Assembly: GCA_026936335.1 (NCBI GenBank)
Contig: JAPMXV010000042.1
Coordinates: 496,001-560,000, forward strand
Reading direction: 5' to 3'
DNA: 64,000 nt
Source: Mantamonas sphyraenae STR306
Lineage: Eukaryota; Protista; CRuMs
The position numbers and the translations under genes were made by a program. This document shows positions 58,722 to 64,000 of this stretch, piece by piece (position 1 is the first letter of the stretch; the number at the start of each line of letters is the position of its first letter). The notes under the pieces were generated by a model that saw nothing but the letters and a program-made list of their open reading frames with translations, ran no database searches and had not been told where the DNA came from.

Positions 58722-59801
58722 ACGTGTGCGCAGCCGCAGGGCAAACGCAACCACGACGATGGTGGCGACCGTCGCCAGCATAACCTCTACAGGCAAACCC
58801 AACATGACCACGCTGGCCAGAACAAGGAGTACCAGGAGCATGCGCACAATGAGACGCTGCGACACATGCTTGACAAGCGGCGTCCCCAAGGCGTAGCCGA
58901 GCAGGGCACCCGTTGCAGGGAAGGCAAGCAGCCGCACGTCCACGAGGTCGAGGAAACCGCCGCCCAAAACCATGTACAGAGCGATGATTGTGTTGTCAAA
59001 GAAGCCCAGCATCTGCAGAGTTGCTCGGAACTGTGCTCCGTCCAAAGAAAACGCAGTGATGAGGATCATCAACGGCGGGCCTCCGGTCCCTGCCATGCCG
59101 ATGAGCACACCCGACACGAGACTCGCACCCACAGTCGCGGCGATGATTTTCCGTGGGATTTCCGAGAATGAACGTGGAAAAGTGAAGTGTGTGGCGGAGG
59201 GCAGCGGCAGAAAGGTGTCGAGACACGCGGCAACTCGCGAGTTTCCCGTCTCCGCTTGCTTCCCCGCCGCTTTGTCCACCTGCCCGTCGTCGCTGCCCTC
59301 GCTGTCGCTGCCTCCGTCATCGCTGCTTCCTCCATCTTCCACGTCGTCGTAGATGTCGTTGAGACGAACATGCTCAATGGGCAAGGAGGCCCGTCGAGCA
59401 GCGAGATCGCTACGGACTTCCGTCGCCAGGCGCCACAGCGCAAACAGAAAGAAGATGACTCCCAGAGAGGTGGTCAACCATTCGCTGGGCAGCCTGCGCA
59501 GCATCTCCACACCTCCAAGGCTGGCTGTGACAATGCCTGGCGCGAGAAGGAGGAGGAGCCGGCCACTCCAGTCTTTGCGAGCTGCCCACAAGCCAAGAGG
59601 CGACAGCACGGTCGCCATGCTTCGGTACAGCACCACTGTAGCAGGAAGGGTCAGATGAAACCGCGGAATCAGCAGGGAAGCCGCTTGCACGCCCACGTGG
59701 AACAGGATGGCCGAGCCAAACCCAGACACTCGCCAGGACACGGTGCACGTCACTGCAACGGCCAACAGCACAAAGCCATCCTCCCACAGAGTGTCCTCCA
59801 T
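58713..59801 (-). CDS. TauE/SafE (sulfite exporter, TSUP) family membrane protein
   Basis: VSGFGSAIL and SGVLIGMAGTGGPPL motifs in two hydrophobic halves separated by an acidic loop. Confidence 0.82.
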   Translation of the reverse strand: MEDTLWEDGFVLLAVAVTCTVSWRVSGFGSAILFHVGVQAASLLIPRFHLTLPATVVLYRSMATVLSPLGLWAARKDWSGRLLLLLAPGIVTASLGGVEMLRRLPSEWLTTSLGVIFFLFALWRLATEVRSDLAARRASLPIEHVRLNDIYDDVEDGGSSDDGGSDSEGSDDGQVDKAAGKQAETGNSRVAACLDTFLPLPSATHFTFPRSFSEIPRKIIAATVGASLVSGVLIGMAGTGGPPLMILITAFSLDGAQFRATLQMLGFFDNTIIALYMVLGGGFLDLVDVRLLAFPATGALLGYALGTPLVKHVSQRLIVRMLLVLLVLASVVMLGLPVEVMLATVATIVVVAFALRLRTRSA

Positions 59802-59901
59802 ATACGTGGCAGCCAGAGAGGTGGAAATGCGACTGTTTGCTTTTCGATGGGGGGCGTGGCGCAGCTGCGCACTTCATGGCAAATGCCCATGCACAGCGGG
59901 G

Positions 59902-60444
59902 TCAGATCTTGCGACCCCTGCGCAGATTGACAAAGAAGTTGGAGAGCTGAGACACACACTCACGCTGAAGAACCCCGGGGATGACGTGCAGTGACGTGTT
60001 CATCACGCGCACGGCCAACCCCCGATACTCCAGCCCTGTGTCGTCAGGAAGACTGTCGATGTGCCGGTTGTGTTCTATGACGTCATTGAGAAGCGTTGGA
60101 TTGGTGACATGTGCAGAAACGCCTCCAAACTTTGTGTTCCAGGCGCCGAAAACGAGGTTGGCCACTCGTGCGTGTGCTGCTGCGCCGATGCACATGATAC
60201 ACGGCTCACACGTGACGTACAGCGTTCCTCCCAAGCGCTGCCATGATGTGTGTCTCGTTGCTTCCTGGATGGCCAGCAGTTCGGCGTGTGCGGTCGGGTC
60301 GTTGCGGTGTCGTACACAGTTGACTGCCGTTGCCACCGTGCCATCCTCCAGATGCAATGAAGCAGCAATGGGGACGTCCCTGGATGGTGAACATTGGTTG
60401 GCGGCCTCGCGCACGAGTGAGCGCATAGCACGGCGATGAAACAT
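59902..60444 (-). CDS. tRNA adenosine-34 deaminase, TadA/ADAT2-like (CDA fold)
   Basis: DVPIAA, NDPTAHAE, TLYVTCEPCIMC, LVFGAWNTKFGG, GVL..EC...LSNFF...R. Confidence 0.88.
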   Translation of the reverse strand: MFHRRAMRSLVREAANQCSPSRDVPIAASLHLEDGTVATAVNCVRHRNDPTAHAELLAIQEATRHTSWQRLGGTLYVTCEPCIMCIGAAAHARVANLVFGAWNTKFGGVSAHVTNPTLLNDVIEHNRHIDSLPDDTGLEYRGLAVRVMNTSLHVIPGVLQRECVSQLSNFFVNLRRGRKI

Positions 60445-60451
60445 CGGCCTT

Positions 60452-63400
60452 TCATTCAGCTGCCTCCGCTCGCGGTGAAGCCGGGCCGCTTCCCTCTGTG
60501 TCTGTCGTGGATCCACTGTCCATTCCGTCATCGTCATGATCCACGTCGTCCATGTCATCCTCACCTGCTGCTTCGGCAATTGTGGCCAACGTTGCCAACG
60601 CAGAGGGGAGAATGGGCGACGCTGTCGAGCTGTGCTGCGCGTCGTCCTCGATCGCATCCAAGTCGTCACTGTAGGTGGAGGCACTCGAAGCAGCGCGATT
60701 CCTGCTGATCTCTGGGCCAGGTGACATCCCCAGTTGGGTCCGCAGCACCTGGTTGTCCTTCTGCAAGGCATTGAGCTTGGCGATATACCGGGTTTCGAGC
60801 TTGTTTCGGGCCTTGAGGATAGCTCGGTCACGCTCCTCTTCTAGTCCCTGGCGCACTTTTCGCATGTGTTGCTGATTGGCAAGGTCCCATAGCCTCTTGT
60901 CGTCCCTCCTCTGCGCTTCTAACGCGTGGCGTAGATCGTCAAGCTCAGCTGCATGTGCTTTGGCTATTCGCTGCAGCGACGCCTCATGCTCTTGTTCAAG
61001 CGCTTGATGTCGTTCACTGTGTTCGCTTAGTGTCCTCTCCAGCCGATCTTCGAGGCCCTTGGAGGTGGCAGTGGCATCTGCGATCTGATCCCGGAACATC
61101 GTGCGGATTTGCTGCTGCCGGGTGCGATGCTGCTCCTTCTCAGCTTCCAGCTTCGCGTGCATGTGTCTCTCCTGATTTTCCAGCATGTATCGTTGCAGAT
61201 GATTGAGCAGGATCCCTTGGGTGCGCTGAAACAAGTCGAGCTTGCGTTGAGTCTGCTCCGCAGTGCGTTGAGCTGCTTTTACGCTCTTCTGAAGCTTGCG
61301 TGTCTTCTTTTGGGCAGATTTGATCTGTTCCATGGATTGAGCCTGCGCGCTTGTCCTTGACTCCAACTCACGAGTCGTCTGTGAAAGCGTGCTCTCCAAC
61401 TTCTCGAGTTGCACTTGTTTCTGCACGCGATCCAGTTCAGCTCCCTTGAGTTCTTGTTTCAGTGTCTTGTTCCTTGCTTCCTGAGTTTCCAGTTGCTGCT
61501 TGAGACTGGTTGCCTCTTGGTTGGTTTGCTCCACTGCCTTTTCCAAGTCCCCCTTCAGCTTCCTCACCTCCTCTTCCAGCTGCCCTTTCACCCTCATTGC
61601 CTCCTTCACCTTCTCCTCCATCTCCGCCACCATCTCTCCCTGCCCCTGTTTCCTGGCCTCCACCTCCTCCTTCAGCTTCTTCACCTCTTCTTCCAGCTTC
61701 TCCTTCTCTCCCATCGCCTCCTTCACCTTCTCTTCCATCTCCGCCACCATCTCTCCCTGCCCCTGTTTCCTGGCTTCCACCTCCTCCTTCAGCTTCTTCA
61801 CCTCCTCTTCCACCTGCCCTTTCACCCTCATTGCCTCCTTCACCTTCTCCTCCATCTCCGCCACCAACTCCCCCTGCCCCTGTTTCCTGTCCTCCACCTC
61901 CTCCTTCAGCTTCTTCACCTCCTCTTCCAGCTGCCCCTTCTCTCCCATCGCCTCCTTCACCTTCTCTTCCATCTCCGCCACCATCTCCCCCTGCCCCTGT
62001 TTCCTGTCCTCCACCTCCTCCTTCAGCTTCTTCACCTCCTCTTCCAGCTTCTCCTTCTCTCCCATCGCCTCCTTCACCTTCTCTTCCATCTCCGCCACCA
62101 TCTCTCCCTGCCCCTGTTTCCTGGCTTCCACCTCCTCCTTCAGCTTCCTCACCTCTTCTTCCAGCTTCTCCTTCTCTCCCATCGCCTCCTTCACCTTCTC
62201 TTCCATCTCCGCCACCATCTCTCCCTGCCCCTGTTTCCTGGCTTCCACCTCCTCCTTCAGCTTCTTCACCTCCTCTTCCAGCTTCTCCTTCTCTCCCATC
62301 GCCTCCTTCACCTTCTCTTCCATCTCCGCCACCATCTCTCCCTGCCCCTGTTTCCTGGCTTCCACCTCCTCCTTCAGCTTCTTCACCTCTTCTTCCAGCT
62401 TCTCCTTCTCTCCCATCGCCTCCTTCACCTTCTCTTCCATCTCCGCCACCATCTCCCCCTGCCCCTGTTTCCTGGCCTCCACCTCCCCCTTCAGCTTCTT
62501 CACCTCCTCTTCCAGCTGCCCTTTCACCCTCATTGCCTCCTTCACCTTCTCCTCCATCTCCGCCACCATCTCTCCCTGCCCCTGTTTCCTGGCTTCCACC
62601 TCCTCCTTCAGCTTCTTCACCTCCTCTTCCAGCTGCCCCTTCTCTCCCACCACCTCCTTCACCTTCTCTTCCATCTCCGCCACCAACTCCCCCTGCCCCT
62701 GTTTCCTGTCCTCCACCTCCTCCTTCAGCTTCCTCACCTCCTCTTCCAGCTGCCCCTTCTCCCTCATTGCCTCCTTCACCTTCTCTTCCATCTCCGCCAC
62801 CATCTCTCCCTGCCCCTGTTTCCTGGCTTCCACCTCCTCCTTCAGCTTCCTCACCTCTTCTTCCAGCCGCTCCTTCTCCTTCCCCTCACGTTCACTCATC
62901 ATGACTTGCCCATCTATCGCCATACGCAACTCGGCTTCCAATCGTCGCCTCGTCCCCTGCTCCTCTTCCAGCAGCGTTTCCACCGCAGCCTTTTCCGCTC
63001 GAATCTTTTCCATCTCCCCTTTTAGCTCCCCTTCAGACTCTGCTGCCATCATTTCTCGTGCTTGAAGCTTCGTCTTTGCGTCATCCACCTTCATCTTCAT
63101 CCGTTGCAGCTCCCCAGCCTGCTCCTCCGCCCGAGCTCGCCGTCGGCTCTCCCGTTCTTCCATCTCCCGTGTCACCTTCTCCTGCTCCGCTACTTTCTTC
63201 TGCGTCTCTCTCAACGCTCCCTCTGCATCATGGCGCTTCCTCACCTCCTCTTGCATTTGGCCCAGCAGCGTGGCCAGTTCTTCGTTCAACTGCTTCTCTA
63301 TCTCCTGTGTCGACCCCAGACGGCCTTCTACCTCCTGCAGCCTGTTTTCCATCTCTTTACGAGCCATGTTCGATTCACGTTGCACCCTTGCAACCTCCTC

Positions 63401-64000
63401 CTTTGCTGAGTCCACCTCACGCTGCATCTGATTCGCCACTCGTGTTTCTGCCTCGCGTACCAGTGTGTCGTCCAACAGGATCTCCCGCAACCGACCCAGC
63501 TCTGCCTTGTGTGCTGCTTTCAGCTGTTCCAGAGCTCGTTTCAACGACGCCACGTCCTGGTCCACCGACACTTCCCGCCGCACGTGTTTTCTTGCGCTCT
63601 CTCTCTTCTGCATCCTCTCCAGAGCTTCCCTGCATTCGCGCAGTTCCTGTTGCGTCTGATCGAGTCGCACTTGCATCGCTCTCGCCTTTTCCCATCCTGT
63701 TTCTCGCTGCTCTTTGCTGTGTTCTCGTACGTACTGTTTGTACGCCGCAAGCAGAGCGTCCCCGCCCTCCTGCCCCTGTGACCCATCACTGGATCCCTCT
63801 GCCGTCGCTCTGCTCTCCAAGGTCCCTACTCTTTCCTCAAGCTCAGCAATGTATGTGCGCAGGTTATCCACTTCTTCCTTGTGCGCCTGCTGCTTCCACG
63901 CGGCCTGCTCGACACTGCCACCGCTATCCGTTTGCGACGCCACCATCGCCTGCTCCCATTGTCTCTCGTCCAACGTTATGTCTTGCCGGGCACGAGCCAA
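60452..64000 (-). CDS. Large coiled-coil protein with internal 39-aa tandem repeats; 5' end beyond window
   Basis: 1182-aa open frame, E/K/Q-rich with heptad character. No catalytic motif recognised. Confidence 0.85.
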   Translation of the reverse strand: MARARQDITLDERQWEQAMVASQTDSGGSVEQAAWKQQAHKEEVDNLRTYIAELEERVGTLESRATAEGSSDGSQGQEGGDALLAAYKQYVREHSKEQRETGWEKARAMQVRLDQTQQELRECREALERMQKRESARKHVRREVSVDQDVASLKRALEQLKAAHKAELGRLREILLDDTLVREAETRVANQMQREVDSAKEEVARVQRESNMARKEMENRLQEVEGRLGSTQEIEKQLNEELATLLGQMQEEVRKRHDAEGALRETQKKVAEQEKVTREMEERESRRRARAEEQAGELQRMKMKVDDAKTKLQAREMMAAESEGELKGEMEKIRAEKAAVETLLEEEQGTRRRLEAELRMAIDGQVMMSEREGKEKERLEEEVRKLKEEVEARKQGQGEMVAEMEEKVKEAMREKGQLEEEVRKLKEEVEDRKQGQGELVAEMEEKVKEVVGEKGQLEEEVKKLKEEVEARKQGQGEMVAEMEEKVKEAMRVKGQLEEEVKKLKGEVEARKQGQGEMVAEMEEKVKEAMGEKEKLEEEVKKLKEEVEARKQGQGEMVAEMEEKVKEAMGEKEKLEEEVKKLKEEVEARKQGQGEMVAEMEEKVKEAMGEKEKLEEEVRKLKEEVEARKQGQGEMVAEMEEKVKEAMGEKEKLEEEVKKLKEEVEDRKQGQGEMVAEMEEKVKEAMGEKGQLEEEVKKLKEEVEDRKQGQGELVAEMEEKVKEAMRVKGQVEEEVKKLKEEVEARKQGQGEMVAEMEEKVKEAMGEKEKLEEEVKKLKEEVEARKQGQGEMVAEMEEKVKEAMRVKGQLEEEVRKLKGDLEKAVEQTNQEATSLKQQLETQEARNKTLKQELKGAELDRVQKQVQLEKLESTLSQTTRELESRTSAQAQSMEQIKSAQKKTRKLQKSVKAAQRTAEQTQRKLDLFQRTQGILLNHLQRYMLENQERHMHAKLEAEKEQHRTRQQQIRTMFRDQIADATATSKGLEDRLERTLSEHSERHQALEQEHEASLQRIAKAHAAELDDLRHALEAQRRDDKRLWDLANQQHMRKVRQGLEEERDRAILKARNKLETRYIAKLNALQKDNQVLRTQLGMSPGPEISRNRAASSASTYSDDLDAIEDDAQHSSTASPILPSALATLATIAEAAGEDDMDDVDHDDDGMDSGSTTDTEGSGPASPRAEAAE
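61550..62865 (-). repeat. Coding minisatellite: 11 full + 1 partial copies of a 117-nt unit
   Basis: The unit encodes EEEVKKLKEEVEARKQGQGEMVAEMEEKVKEAMGEKEKL; copies differ at only a few positions. Confidence 0.95.

Noticed and set aside
61550-62865. Regular repeat array as a possible CRISPR
   Set aside because: Contiguous in-frame 117-nt units without unique spacers, no cas genes, eukaryotic context.
61409-63065. Three long plus-strand ORFs (Leu/His-, Ser/Phe- and Pro-rich, extensin-like)
   Set aside because: Antisense shadows of the purine-rich coding repeat; the pyrimidine-rich strand simply lacks stop codons.

Overview
Gene-dense, GC-rich nuclear DNA from a eukaryotic microbe. It has GT-AG spliceosomal introns of about 64-351 nt (donors such as GTACGT/GTATGT/GTGAGT, CTRAC/CTCAC branch sites, mostly CAG acceptors). 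About 31 protein-coding genes can be reconstructed, several missed or fragmented by the ORF track. In order: CTNNBL1, a KCNAB-type aldo-keto reductase, DNase II, MCM9, a tubulin deglutamylase (CCP/Nna1), RPL10, clathrin light chain, DNA2, LRR-7TM receptor 1, an ankyrin-TKL kinase, PAM16, NDUFC2/B14.5b, a sphingomyelinase-like EEP enzyme, CEP44, NUP160, an unknown helical/beta-sandwich protein, AP5Z1, a two-CRD Frizzled-like GPCR, an EROS/CYBC1-like protein, BCNT/CFDP1, NCAPG2, LRR-7TM receptor 2, WDR47, two small Tims, FKBP-TPR, an Mrr-like nuclease, MBIP, TauE, a TadA-like deaminase and a repeat coiled-coil protein. CEP44, WDR47 and CCP suggest a flagellated protist (inference). The most striking property is architectural: intergenic gaps are usually shorter than introns. 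Head-to-head ATGs lie as little as 14 nt apart, most tandem stop-to-ATG gaps are 7-117 nt, and convergent stops touch or overlap, which implies overlapping or polycistronic transcription. RPL10 has an intron-split start codon and an 8-nt microexon. About a dozen single-base frameshifts between 12.9 and 40.6 kb mostly sit in short homopolymers and are probably assembly errors. No rRNA, tRNA, CRISPR array or transposon was recognised. All family assignments come from motif recognition by eye, not from database searches.
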